Below, in pieces: positions 37,452 to 46,260 of a stretch of 64,000 nucleotides of DNA; the first letter of the stretch is position 1; each line of letters starts with the position of its first letter. The position numbers and the translations under genes are program-made. Origin of the DNA: Archaeoglobales archaeon (GTDB lineage: Archaea; Halobacteriota; Archaeoglobi; Archaeoglobales; Archaeoglobaceae); contig JAAOZI010000015.1 in the NCBI GenBank assembly GCA_011605865.1, forward strand, positions 12,929 to 76,928. Reading direction: 5' to 3'. The notes under the pieces were generated by a model that did no database searches, was not told the origin of the DNA, and saw only the letters and a list, made by a program, of their open reading frames with translations.

Positions 37452-39311
37452 AGGAGCTCTCGTTTCAATCTTATAAGTTTTGTAAATAGCCGAAGCCAGT
37501 TCGACGCATTTCATTTCATCTCCGTGAACAGTCACTATTTTCGAAGGTTTTGGATTCAAAAACTTTACATAATTTAGAAGCTGTTTCCTGTCAGAATGCC
37601 CCGAAAAACCATCAACAGTTTCCACCCTCATCTTGACGTCTATAACTTCTCTTCTCCCATTCGTTGGGAACGGTATTTCTTTCCAGCCCTTTTGAACTTT
37701 CCTTCCAAGAGTGCCCTCTGCTTGATAACCAACGAATACTATAGTGTTTTTCTCATCTTCAGCTAGGTGCTTGAAGTACTCCATAACAGGTCCGCCGTTG
37801 AGCATACCGGAAGGTGAAAGTATCACGCACGGAGAAGGATCGTTAATTACACTGTCCCTCTTCTCAGCAGAATCGACTCTTACAAAACTGTCGCTTATGA
37901 ATGGATTAATTCCATTATACAGTATCATATCCCTAAGCTCAGAATTCAAATATTCTGGATAGGCCGTATGAATTGCCGTTGCCTCGTAGATCATTCCGTC
38001 TATGTATATAGGAACTTCTTTCAGTTTTCTCTCTCTTATCGCTTCTTCAAGAACGACCATGACTTCCTGGCTTCTTCCCACAGCAAAAGTCGGTATCAAA
38101 ACTTTACCCCCCTTTTCAACAGTTTGGTTTATTATCTCGATCAATCTCTGCTCTGCTTCAGTTCTAGAAGGCTGAAAGTCGTTGACTCCTCCGTATGTTG
38201 CTTCCATTATAAGCGCCTCAAGTCTTGGAAAGTTCGTCACAGTTTTATCAAAAAGCCTGGTTTTCTCGAATTTAAAATCTCCCGTAAAGGCAATATTGTA
38301 AAGACCTTCCCCAATATGGAAATGAGCTATAGCTGAGCCAAGTATATGGCCCGCATTGTAGAAGGTGAGCCTGAGATCCGGACTTATATCTGTTACTTCG
38401 CCATAGTTAAGTGTTATCGTATGCTTCATAGCCTCTCTAACCATTGCAGAACTGTATATTGCTTCCTTCTCTCTTCCAGCTACTTCGATGAAATCCAGCT
38501 GTAGGAGTACCATAAGATCCCTCGTCGGTGGTGTTACATAGATCGGACCGCGGTAGTTATACTTGTAGAGAAGGGGAACTAAACCGCAGTGGTCTAGATG
38601 TGCATGGGTTATCACTACAGCATCGAGGGAATCGAGCGGTTGCACTTCGGGAAGATAGAGATAAGGAGTTTCAGATATATTGCTCACATTAACTCCGCAG
38701 TCTATTAAGACCTTGCTATACCTCGTCTGGAGCAGATAACAGCTTCTACCAACTTCCCTGCATCCCCCAAGAAAAGTAACTCTTACCCAGTTTCCGTCTG
38801 GCAATATTTTTCTGTGAATTCTCTCTCCTATCTTTCTTAGTTCACTTTGTCTTTCCTCCTTTACACTGGTTAGATAAGTCCGGATACTCTCTATAACATT
38901 AGACTTTATCGGGGGAGTTCTTACAACACGGGGGCTCCAGCCTGTCTCTTTCATTATTTCTCTGAAAGTTGTCCCCTGGCGGCCGATGACAACTCCAGGC
39001 TTTTCAGCTTCTATTATAACTTCTCCGTTCTCTTCATCGAATTCGATGCTTGAAATCTTTGCCTCTTCGGGTACTATCTTCATTATTATCTCCTTTGCCT
39101 CATTTTTGGGTTTCAAAATCTTTGGATCGGGTCTTATCACTATCCGCTTTCTCAGTTCTTTAGCGAGTTTTTTTACAATGTCAATTCCTGCTAACTCTTG
39201 TGGATTTTGGATATATACAACTAACAACGGCCCTTCGAATTCAATGTCTTTAATCCTTATGTTGCTCGGAACCAGTTCCCTAACTTTCTTCTTTATCTCA
39301 TCAAGTTCCAT
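37422..39311 (-). CDS. aCPSF1 / FttA: KH-domain beta-CASP metallo-beta-lactamase ribonuclease
   Basis: 629 aa. N-terminal KH-like repeats (VIGRQGTTF), the MBL motif ITHAHLDHCG, and a beta-CASP C-terminal part with HGD. Confidence 0.92.
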   Translation of the reverse strand: MELDEIKKKVRELVPSNIRIKDIEFEGPLLVVYIQNPQELAGIDIVKKLAKELRKRIVIRPDPKILKPKNEAKEIIMKIVPEEAKISSIEFDEENGEVIIEAEKPGVVIGRQGTTFREIMKETGWSPRVVRTPPIKSNVIESIRTYLTSVKEERQSELRKIGERIHRKILPDGNWVRVTFLGGCREVGRSCYLLQTRYSKVLIDCGVNVSNISETPYLYLPEVQPLDSLDAVVITHAHLDHCGLVPLLYKYNYRGPIYVTPPTRDLMVLLQLDFIEVAGREKEAIYSSAMVREAMKHTITLNYGEVTDISPDLRLTFYNAGHILGSAIAHFHIGEGLYNIAFTGDFKFEKTRLFDKTVTNFPRLEALIMEATYGGVNDFQPSRTEAEQRLIEIINQTVEKGGKVLIPTFAVGRSQEVMVVLEEAIRERKLKEVPIYIDGMIYEATAIHTAYPEYLNSELRDMILYNGINPFISDSFVRVDSAEKRDSVINDPSPCVILSPSGMLNGGPVMEYFKHLAEDEKNTIVFVGYQAEGTLGRKVQKGWKEIPFPTNGRREVIDVKMRVETVDGFSGHSDRKQLLNYVKFLNPKPSKIVTVHGDEMKCVELASAIYKTYKIETRAPLNMETVRFL

Positions 39312-39312
39312 C

Positions 39313-39975
39313 TCACTTTCTAAATTTGGCTATTATTTCATCTATTTCTTCAGGTTTAAGCTGGTAATATTCCTTTTCTGTTATCCTCACAACGTCTATT
39401 CCATCTCCCGAAGCAGAATCTCGTTTCATTGCAGAGAAAATTGCCCTTACCGCCAATTCTACAGCTTGTCCAACCCCAAGTTCAGATGAATACCTGTCCT
39501 CAAGTACTCCGTAGGCTGTTAAGCTTCCACTTCCCGTCGCCACAATATCCCTCTCCTCAATTGCTCCTCCTATAGGATCTATAGAGAAAATCTTTGCTCC
39601 CTCATCGTCAATGCCCCCTATCAGCAACTGAACTATGTATGGATAGAAGCGATAGGAATTCAACAAGTTTGACGTGAGCGTGGCAAGCGCCCTTACAGAA
39701 GGTTTCCTTTCCCTTCTTATCTCGTATAGATTGGCTTCAACTCTTATCAACCTAGCTAGGAACTGGGCATCCCCAACGCTCCCAGCTGTTGTCATTGCAA
39801 TTCTATCCGCTATCTGATAGATCTTCTTGGCAGTTCTGCTAGCTATAAAGCTTCCCATCGTGGCCCTTTTTTCGGTAGCCAACACTACTCCTTCCCTGCA
39901 AACAAGGCCCACTGTTGTGGTTCCTTTATAGATCTTTCCCTCCATATCTTCACCCAAAAAAGCCCAACCGGGCAC
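39313..39975 (-). CDS. psmB: Proteasome subunit beta
   Basis: A propeptide is followed by GTTTVGLVCREGVVLATEKRATMG (the Thr1 active-site region). Confidence 0.93.
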   Translation of the reverse strand: MPGWAFLGEDMEGKIYKGTTTVGLVCREGVVLATEKRATMGSFIASRTAKKIYQIADRIAMTTAGSVGDAQFLARLIRVEANLYEIRRERKPSVRALATLTSNLLNSYRFYPYIVQLLIGGIDDEGAKIFSIDPIGGAIEERDIVATGSGSLTAYGVLEDRYSSELGVGQAVELAVRAIFSAMKRDSASGDGIDVVRITEKEYYQLKPEEIDEIIAKFRK

Positions 39976-40024
39976 TAGATATTGTAGAGAAAAGGTTTTT
40001 TAAAGATTTCGCCTTGTTCAGAGT

Positions 40025-40576
40025 ATGATAAAAGAGGCAATAGAGATAGGCAGACTGCTTTTCCAAGCAAGACTTATAGATGGCGCAAGTGGAAACATGA
40101 GTTTCAAAGATGAAAGAATTCTGATAACAAAATCTGGAGCTAATCTTGAATCTCTAAATTCGTCCGATTTCGTACCAATCGATGATCCATTGGCTTCAAG
40201 AGACAGAGCTGTGCATGCAAAAATATACGAACTTACGGACTTCAGGGGAGTAATTCACTGCCATGGGGTCTATAACGTTGTTCTGAGTCTGAAAATGAAA
40301 GAGATTAAGCCGCTTGACCTAGAAGGAAGGCTTTACTTTGGATCTATCCCCGTTATTCACAGAGAATTTGGTAGTAAGGAATATGTCGAAGAAATAGCAA
40401 TGGCTGTAAGAGATTTTGGTGTAGCCTTAGCATCTGGTCACGGAATTTACTCGGCTGGAAAGAATTTAAGGGATGCCTTTAACAAGGCATGCTACGTCGA
40501 GCATTCCTGCGAGATTCTTTACTTTTCAGAGCTTTTCGACAAGCTTGAGCATAGCAAAAGCCGGAAAAAGCTTTGA
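40025..40576 (+). CDS. Class II aldolase/adducin-family protein
   Basis: GASGNMS, HAKIYE and HCHG..., which are the His ligands typical of FucA-like aldolases. Confidence 0.7.
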   Translation: MIKEAIEIGRLLFQARLIDGASGNMSFKDERILITKSGANLESLNSSDFVPIDDPLASRDRAVHAKIYELTDFRGVIHCHGVYNVVLSLKMKEIKPLDLEGRLYFGSIPVIHREFGSKEYVEEIAMAVRDFGVALASGHGIYSAGKNLRDAFNKACYVEHSCEILYFSELFDKLEHSKSRKKL

Positions 40577-41458
40577 GGCCTCTCCGTAAAGTTTTGAGAG
40601 CTTTAAACAACTGCAACTACTCTCAACAAGAAACTCTCCGATTCCACATGCTATTACATTCTTCAGATTATACTCTCTTACCTTTCTCCTTATCTCTCTA
40701 GATAGGGTTCTTATCATAGCTTTTTTTGCATTAAAAGCAATTTTTCTTACTTTTTCTTCGCCAAGTTCCTCTAAATCGCAGCAAACAGTTCTCGCAATTC
40801 TCCTCATACATTCCTCTACACTTCTACCTCTCCCGTCGGGAGTTTCGCAGCTATATTCCGCTTCGGTAATATCACCGGTCACCCTGAAAACATCGGCCAT
40901 GATCGAGAAATATTCTGGGCAGAGTCTTGCATTTTCAAAACTACGCAAGACGTAAAAGGTGGGTGTTCTGAGGACTCCAAAATAAATCAATTCCCTTCTT
41001 TTCAGTCTTTCAAAGTCTGTCAAACCGGAAAGGATTCTGTCACTTACAGGAATGAGATCTGTTGTCGTCGATCCCATATCCACAAATAGGAAATCTCTAA
41101 ATCCTTCTGAAAGTAAAAATTTAACAGATGCCACCCAATTGCTTGCAGAAAATATTCTTGGATCCTTTATTTCTTTGCTAATGTTCCCGTAAATGTCCAA
41201 GAAGTAGACTTCTCCGAAAACTTCCTTGCAGATATTGGCGACGAACTTTATCCCTTCCTCTTTATTTCTAAAAACATCAGAAAGTTCTGCAGTTATGACA
41301 ACACCGGCTCTTTCAGCACCATAATTCCTTGCCATCTCCTCAAGCTTTTCTTTTAGTTTAGAAGCCATCTTCCACATCGGAAAATATATTATCTCAAATC
41401 CTTTGTCCGAAGCAATCTTAAGATTTGCTCCTCCAATGTCAATCCCCAAAGTATTCAT
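40526..41458 (-). CDS. Hydantoinase/oxoprolinase-related ASKHA protein (H4MPT-linked C1 pathway family)
   Basis: LGIDIGGANLKIA phosphate-1 motif and VDMGSTTTDLIPV. The size and pattern match the archaeal H4MPT-associated family. Confidence 0.65.
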   Translation of the reverse strand: MNTLGIDIGGANLKIASDKGFEIIYFPMWKMASKLKEKLEEMARNYGAERAGVVITAELSDVFRNKEEGIKFVANICKEVFGEVYFLDIYGNISKEIKDPRIFSASNWVASVKFLLSEGFRDFLFVDMGSTTTDLIPVSDRILSGLTDFERLKRRELIYFGVLRTPTFYVLRSFENARLCPEYFSIMADVFRVTGDITEAEYSCETPDGRGRSVEECMRRIARTVCCDLEELGEEKVRKIAFNAKKAMIRTLSREIRRKVREYNLKNVIACGIGEFLVESSCSCLKLSKLYGEASKLFPAFAMLKLVEKL

Positions 41459-42203
41459 CTAACTTTCCCTCTCCAAAATAAAATGTCTGCCCGTCTTCAC
41501 CAAGGGGAAAGTTTTTAACGGCAATTCTATGAGGTGGATAAAAATGTCCTAAGTGGGATAAAACTACTTTTTTAGCTTTCAGTCTTTCAGCAAGAGTCAT
41601 AGCCTCTCTAGCGTTCATATGCTTTCTGAACTTTCCACTCGGCGCTATTGCATTGATTATTAGCAGATCAGCGTTCTCCATCTCTTCCAAGCTTTTTTCC
41701 CCGATTTCCACATTTGTGTCTCCGGAGATAACAATCTTAAAACCATTCCATTCTATTTTGACTCCCACCGCATCCACAGGTGGATGATTCACTGGGAAAA
41801 GTGTGAATTTAATACCATGAATCGAAAAATCCTGAAAAACCTCCACCTCTCTTTTTCTGTATTCCATGAACTGCATGAACTTCCCAACGCTCTCATGAAT
41901 TGACGGAGTTGTGTACGCAATTACATTTCCCTGAACTCTGTAAAACTCTCCAAAACCGCTAATATGGTCAAAGTGAGAATGTGTCCAAATAACAGCGTCC
42001 ACCTTCTCGATGCTGTTATCCAATAGCTGTCGCCTTAAATCCGGGGATGTGTCGATTAAAATTGTTGCATCCCCATTTTTAACGAGAATTGAAAATCTCT
42101 TTCTTTCCCGCTTCCTCTTCCTCGCGTCTTCACAGGTAACACAATGGCAGTTCAGAATTGGAGTTCCAGGAGAGTCACCGGTTCCAAGGAGTTTAACTAT
42201 CAT
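41439..42203 (-). CDS. MBL-fold metallo-hydrolase (PhnP/PqqB-like)
   Basis: LGTGDSPGTP, a CHCVTC Zn-knuckle and THSHFDH. Confidence 0.75.
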   Translation of the reverse strand: MIVKLLGTGDSPGTPILNCHCVTCEDARKRKRERKRFSILVKNGDATILIDTSPDLRRQLLDNSIEKVDAVIWTHSHFDHISGFGEFYRVQGNVIAYTTPSIHESVGKFMQFMEYRKREVEVFQDFSIHGIKFTLFPVNHPPVDAVGVKIEWNGFKIVISGDTNVEIGEKSLEEMENADLLIINAIAPSGKFRKHMNAREAMTLAERLKAKKVVLSHLGHFYPPHRIAVKNFPLGEDGQTFYFGEGKLDEYFGD

Positions 42204-43419
42204 ATCTCATTTTTAGCCTTCTCTTTATCCCATCAACTGCATTGAGCAAGTCTTCTTGAAGTATTTTCTTTCTTCCATCAAGCAATGCTTTCAAAACGGC
42301 TTCTCTAACAACTAGCTTTATATCCGCCCCTGTGAATCCCTCTGTCTCCTTTACGAGCGCATCGATATCAAAGTCCCCATCGATTTTCTTCAGGAATAGC
42401 TCAAAAATCCTCCTCCTTATCCTCTCTTCGGGTTCGGGAAATTCCAGAACTTTATCGAACCTCCTCCAAACAGCAGGATCTAAGATGGAGGGATGATTTG
42501 TAGCAGCGATTAGTAAAACTCTATCATTTACTAGGCTTATGTCGTCAATTGCTTTGAGAAGAGTATTTACTGCCCTCTTTATCGCAGCATGTTCGTCGCT
42601 TGTTCTCATTTTAGCAACGTAATCGAATTCATCTATGAAAAGTATACACGGACTCATTTTCTTTGCAAGCTCGAATATCTTTTCAATGTTCTTCGATGTT
42701 TCACCCAGATACTGACTCGTAACCATTGAAAGTCTAACTTCTAGGAGTGGGAGGTAGAATTTCTTTGCCAGAGCTCTTGCCGTCGTCGTTTTGCCGGTTC
42801 CCGGAGGGCCTATAAACAAAAGTTTACCAATATCCGTGAGACCTATTTTCCGCAAATATTCAATTTCGCTTAAAGCGACTTCTATTTTCCTTATTTCTTC
42901 CATTTGTTCTTCATTCAGGACAACGGAATCAAACTCCACGTTTATGTCTTCTGGAGCGAAGATTCTGACCAAGCTTAGCATTTCCCTAATTTCCTCGCTC
43001 TTCTCGAGCTCAGAAATAGTTTGCAAAATCCACTCTTTGTCACCGTGAATCGGCGGATTGCACTTTCTTGCAAGTTCATAGGAAACGTTTAGAGAGTCGA
43101 AATTTTCATAATAATAAGCTAAAACTGGGTTTCTCCTTATAAGATCCAGTCCTCTCGAAGCAAACCACTTTGCAGCTATTTCGAATGAAGTTAGTCTAAA
43201 CTGCTTCGTTAAGGGATTGTATTCAATGAAGGGTAAATCGCTCGATTTTCCAGCGTATATTCTCACCATTTCCTCTTTTATTACGATGGGTCTCCTAAGG
43301 CTACCTTTGCTATACAGAACTTTTCTTATTTCTTTTGGAATGTCATTTTCAGTTAGATTCTCAAATCTGTTAAAGATCTCTGCAGTTAAGAGTAGTTCTA
43401 CAAGCTTCAGGTTCTCCAT
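42193..43419 (-). CDS. AAA-family ATPase with about 190-aa uncharacterised N-terminal domain
   Basis: Walker A GPPGTGKT, Walker B ILFIDEFD, and the second region of homology ATNHPSILDPAVWRRF. Confidence 0.85.
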   Translation of the reverse strand: MENLKLVELLLTAEIFNRFENLTENDIPKEIRKVLYSKGSLRRPIVIKEEMVRIYAGKSSDLPFIEYNPLTKQFRLTSFEIAAKWFASRGLDLIRRNPVLAYYYENFDSLNVSYELARKCNPPIHGDKEWILQTISELEKSEEIREMLSLVRIFAPEDINVEFDSVVLNEEQMEEIRKIEVALSEIEYLRKIGLTDIGKLLFIGPPGTGKTTTARALAKKFYLPLLEVRLSMVTSQYLGETSKNIEKIFELAKKMSPCILFIDEFDYVAKMRTSDEHAAIKRAVNTLLKAIDDISLVNDRVLLIAATNHPSILDPAVWRRFDKVLEFPEPEERIRRRIFELFLKKIDGDFDIDALVKETEGFTGADIKLVVREAVLKALLDGRKKILQEDLLNAVDGIKRRLKMRYDS

Positions 43420-43513
43420 CTCGATCTTAAATACTAACAGCCGAGATTTTTAAAGCTTTTGCAACTCAATAGTCAAAGCTCTGACCATTAAGTAGCAAGA
43501 CTTAAAAGCAAAT

Positions 43514-44299
43514 TTGGTAACTCCTCCCATGCTTTCAGAAGGTATTGCAATCTTATCTTTAATCCCAATGTTTCTCTATATTTTCACGAGAAAAAGATTT
43601 CTCGGATTGGTAAGCTGGAGCATTTTTGCAATTGCAACTGCTCTCAAGGCAATTGATTTTGCAAACGTTGGTGACTACTACAATACAGGTGTTTTTATTT
43701 TAGCTTCTCTGTTTTTTCTTCTTCTAGCAAATGCCATTTTTGTAAGGAACTCCCAAACTCTCGTCGAAACAACGGCTTTTTCAGCTCTTGCATGCGCAAT
43801 TTATTTCCCATTCGCTTTCATTGACTTGCTGAATGACTGGATAATAAGAGAAACTGCAAATCTCTCTGCTATAGTTGGCAGAGCTCTCGGATTTCCTGTT
43901 TCGGTAGATGGAAGAATACTGGAGCTCAATGGTAGCTATGTAGAAATAATACTAGCCTGCACAGCTATAGAGAGTATTTCGCTCTTTACTGGTGCGATAT
44001 TCGGTATAAAAGCGGAATTTTCGAGAAAACTCAAAGCATTCTTTGTCTCTGTTCCCGTTATCTACCTCCTAAATCTTTTAAGAAACGTCTTTGTCCTAGC
44101 AAGTTACTCTTATTCTTGGTTCGGGGAGAACAGTTTCTACATAGCCCACCATATAATTTCGAAAATTCTGGCAACTCTGGCATTAGTGATAATAGCATTC
44201 ATAGTTTTTAAGATCTTGCCCGAACTTGCAGAATTAATTTATTCCCTGAAAGATGAGATCCTTAAGGGTGTTGGAGTTGATCGAGAGAAGCGCATTTAG
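43514..44299 (+). CDS. Archaeosortase (exosortase/archaeosortase family transpeptidase)
   Basis: A polytopic protein with the Cys motif ILACTAIESISL, the Arg motif LLRNVF and the His motif IAHHIISK. Confidence 0.75.
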   Translation: MVTPPMLSEGIAILSLIPMFLYIFTRKRFLGLVSWSIFAIATALKAIDFANVGDYYNTGVFILASLFFLLLANAIFVRNSQTLVETTAFSALACAIYFPFAFIDLLNDWIIRETANLSAIVGRALGFPVSVDGRILELNGSYVEIILACTAIESISLFTGAIFGIKAEFSRKLKAFFVSVPVIYLLNLLRNVFVLASYSYSWFGENSFYIAHHIISKILATLALVIIAFIVFKILPELAELIYSLKDEILKGVGVDREKRI

Positions 44300-44864
44300 A
44301 ATTCTAGCAACTCTCATAGCGATATCGATCGTAACTGCACTATTTTACTGTCTCCTCTCAATACCATTTATTTTATTTTCAATTTTCACAGCATACTTTT
44401 TCCGAGATCCGAAAAGGGAAATAGGAATAGGTGTGGTTTCACCAGCAGACGGAAAAATAGATTACATTGACAATAGAAGAATGGAGATTTTCATGTCCCC
44501 GTTCGACTGTCATGTTAACAGGTCTCCAGTTAAGGGGAAAGTAGTAGGCTTAATTTTTCGTGAGGGAAAACTGAGCCCGGCTTATAAAAGGGAGAGTAAT
44601 GTAAAAATGAACGAGATAATAATAGAGGCAGAAGATGGAATTTACAGGGTTATACAGATTGCAGGAATTTTTGCAAGAAGAATCCTGTGTTTCGTAAAAG
44701 AGGGGCAGAATATTGAGAAAGGGCAGAAAATTGGAATGATAATTTTTGGATCAAGAGTTGTTTTAGAGTTGCCTAAGGGTTACAGGTTTGTCAAAAAGAT
44801 AGGAGACAAGGTCAGAGCCGGAGAGACCGTGGCGGTAAGAAATGAAGATTTTCAAGGAAGTTAG
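44253..44864 (+). CDS. psd: Archaetidylserine (phosphatidylserine) decarboxylase proenzyme
   Basis: VSPADGKI, SPFDCHVNRSPVKG and the FGSRV self-cleavage site. Confidence 0.8.
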   Translation: MRSLRVLELIERSAFRILATLIAISIVTALFYCLLSIPFILFSIFTAYFFRDPKREIGIGVVSPADGKIDYIDNRRMEIFMSPFDCHVNRSPVKGKVVGLIFREGKLSPAYKRESNVKMNEIIIEAEDGIYRVIQIAGIFARRILCFVKEGQNIEKGQKIGMIIFGSRVVLELPKGYRFVKKIGDKVRAGETVAVRNEDFQGS

Positions 44865-45477
44865 TTTAGCAGATTCTTTAAGCGTTTTAAACGCCCTTTT
44901 TGGCTTTACAGCTTTAGTTTACTCAATCTACGATTACGAAAGGAGCTTTGCATTCTTTTATTTCGCCCTAATCTCCGATGGATTGGATGGCTGGATCGCA
45001 AAAAAGACAGAGAAGAGCAAAATAGGAAAGGAACTTGATTCTCTCGCAGATTGTGTTTCTTTCTCTGTTTACCCGGCATTCATAGTTTCTTTAAAAAATC
45101 CAAATCTTTTCGCCTTCTCATCCCTCCTCCTTGCATTCTCAATATTGAGGCTTGCTAGGTTCAACATTTTGGATTTAAATGATTTTCTAGGAATTCCAAC
45201 GTCTGTAAATGCAATTTTAGTAACCTCGCTACTCAGAATTAACGCGAGTCAAGAAATTCTGGCCTTCGCGATGTTTACGTTTTCATTTCTTATGATATGT
45301 GATTTAAGATATAAAAGGGTCAGAGGGCTCCCCCTTATTTTCCTCGGTCTTCTTCTCGTTCTCGCCATATTCATTGTGGAAATATGCTACCTTTTAATTG
45401 CAATTTCTATACTGTATGCAATATACCCAGGTGTATGTGTATGCGGAAAGTATTTGCGGCGTTTGAGGCGGGTATAA
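44842..45477 (+). CDS. pssA: CDP-alcohol phosphatidyltransferase (archaetidylserine synthase-like)
   Basis: DGLDGWIAKKTEKSKIGKELDSLADCVSF matches the D-G-x2-A-(R/K)-x8-G-x3-D-x3-D motif. Confidence 0.8.
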   Translation: MKIFKEVSLADSLSVLNALFGFTALVYSIYDYERSFAFFYFALISDGLDGWIAKKTEKSKIGKELDSLADCVSFSVYPAFIVSLKNPNLFAFSSLLLAFSILRLARFNILDLNDFLGIPTSVNAILVTSLLRINASQEILAFAMFTFSFLMICDLRYKRVRGLPLIFLGLLLVLAIFIVEICYLLIAISILYAIYPGVCVCGKYLRRLRRV

Positions 45478-45767
45478 AGCTCGGCGCTCTGTTTCACCAG
45501 TTTATAGGTGCACCAGTATCGGAAAAAAATGCAGAAATTCTTGAAAAAGCGATGGAAAGCTGTATGAGGCTTCAACCATACGTCATCGATGCGGAAGTGA
45601 AAATAGATAGAGAAAAGCTAAAGACGTCAAGCTTTGGTTATACTTCCCTCTCTCCGGAGGTACTAAAAGCAAGAGTTGTTGTTGAATTCAAGGGGGAAAG
45701 AGTTGAGGCCGTATTAGAGTGGAGTGAAGAGCTTAGATATCCTTTGATGAGGCTCCGCAATCTTTAA
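45441..45767 (+). CDS. MptD-like dihydroneopterin aldolase family protein (COG2098)
   Basis: FEAGIKLGALFHQFIGAPVS is an N-terminal motif characteristic of the archaeal MptD family. I prefer the ATG at 45441. Confidence 0.55.
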   Translation: MRKVFAAFEAGIKLGALFHQFIGAPVSEKNAEILEKAMESCMRLQPYVIDAEVKIDREKLKTSSFGYTSLSPEVLKARVVVEFKGERVEAVLEWSEELRYPLMRLRNL

Positions 45768-45802
45768 ATCTCGCAAAGGCTTGGCATAAAAAGGTGTTAA
45801 AA

Positions 45803-46258
45803 ATGGCCAGAATGCACAAAAGCAGAAGGGGTAAATCGGGTTCAAAGAAAGTCTATAGAAACTCCCCGCCAGAATGGGTAGAAATGAGTGCCGAAGAAAT
45901 AGAGAAAAAAATAGTGGAGCTATACAATGAAGGATACGAACCATCGCAGATAGGAATGATTTTGAGGGACAGATACGGCATACCTTCTATAAAACAAGTT
46001 ACAGGTAAAAAACTCATGGATATTCTAATTGAGAACGGCATAAAGCCGAAATATCCGGAAGACTTGAAAGCGTTGATAAAGAAAGCACTAAAACTCAGGA
46101 GACATCTTGAAATTCATAAAAAAGACCTACATAACAGAAGAGGTTTGCAGCTCATTGAAGCCAAGATCTGGAGACTCTCGAACTATTACAAGGAGAAGGG
46201 ATACTTGCCGTCAGACTGGAGTTACGATCCCGATAAACTTAGAGTTGAGCTCTCTTAA
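45803..46258 (+). CDS. rps15: 30S ribosomal protein S15 (uS15)
   Basis: MARMHKSRRGKSGSKK... N-terminus, and the SD-like AAGGTG lies 7 nt upstream of the ATG at 45803. Confidence 0.92.
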   Translation: MARMHKSRRGKSGSKKVYRNSPPEWVEMSAEEIEKKIVELYNEGYEPSQIGMILRDRYGIPSIKQVTGKKLMDILIENGIKPKYPEDLKALIKKALKLRRHLEIHKKDLHNRRGLQLIEAKIWRLSNYYKEKGYLPSDWSYDPDKLRVELS

Positions 46259-46260
46259 TT

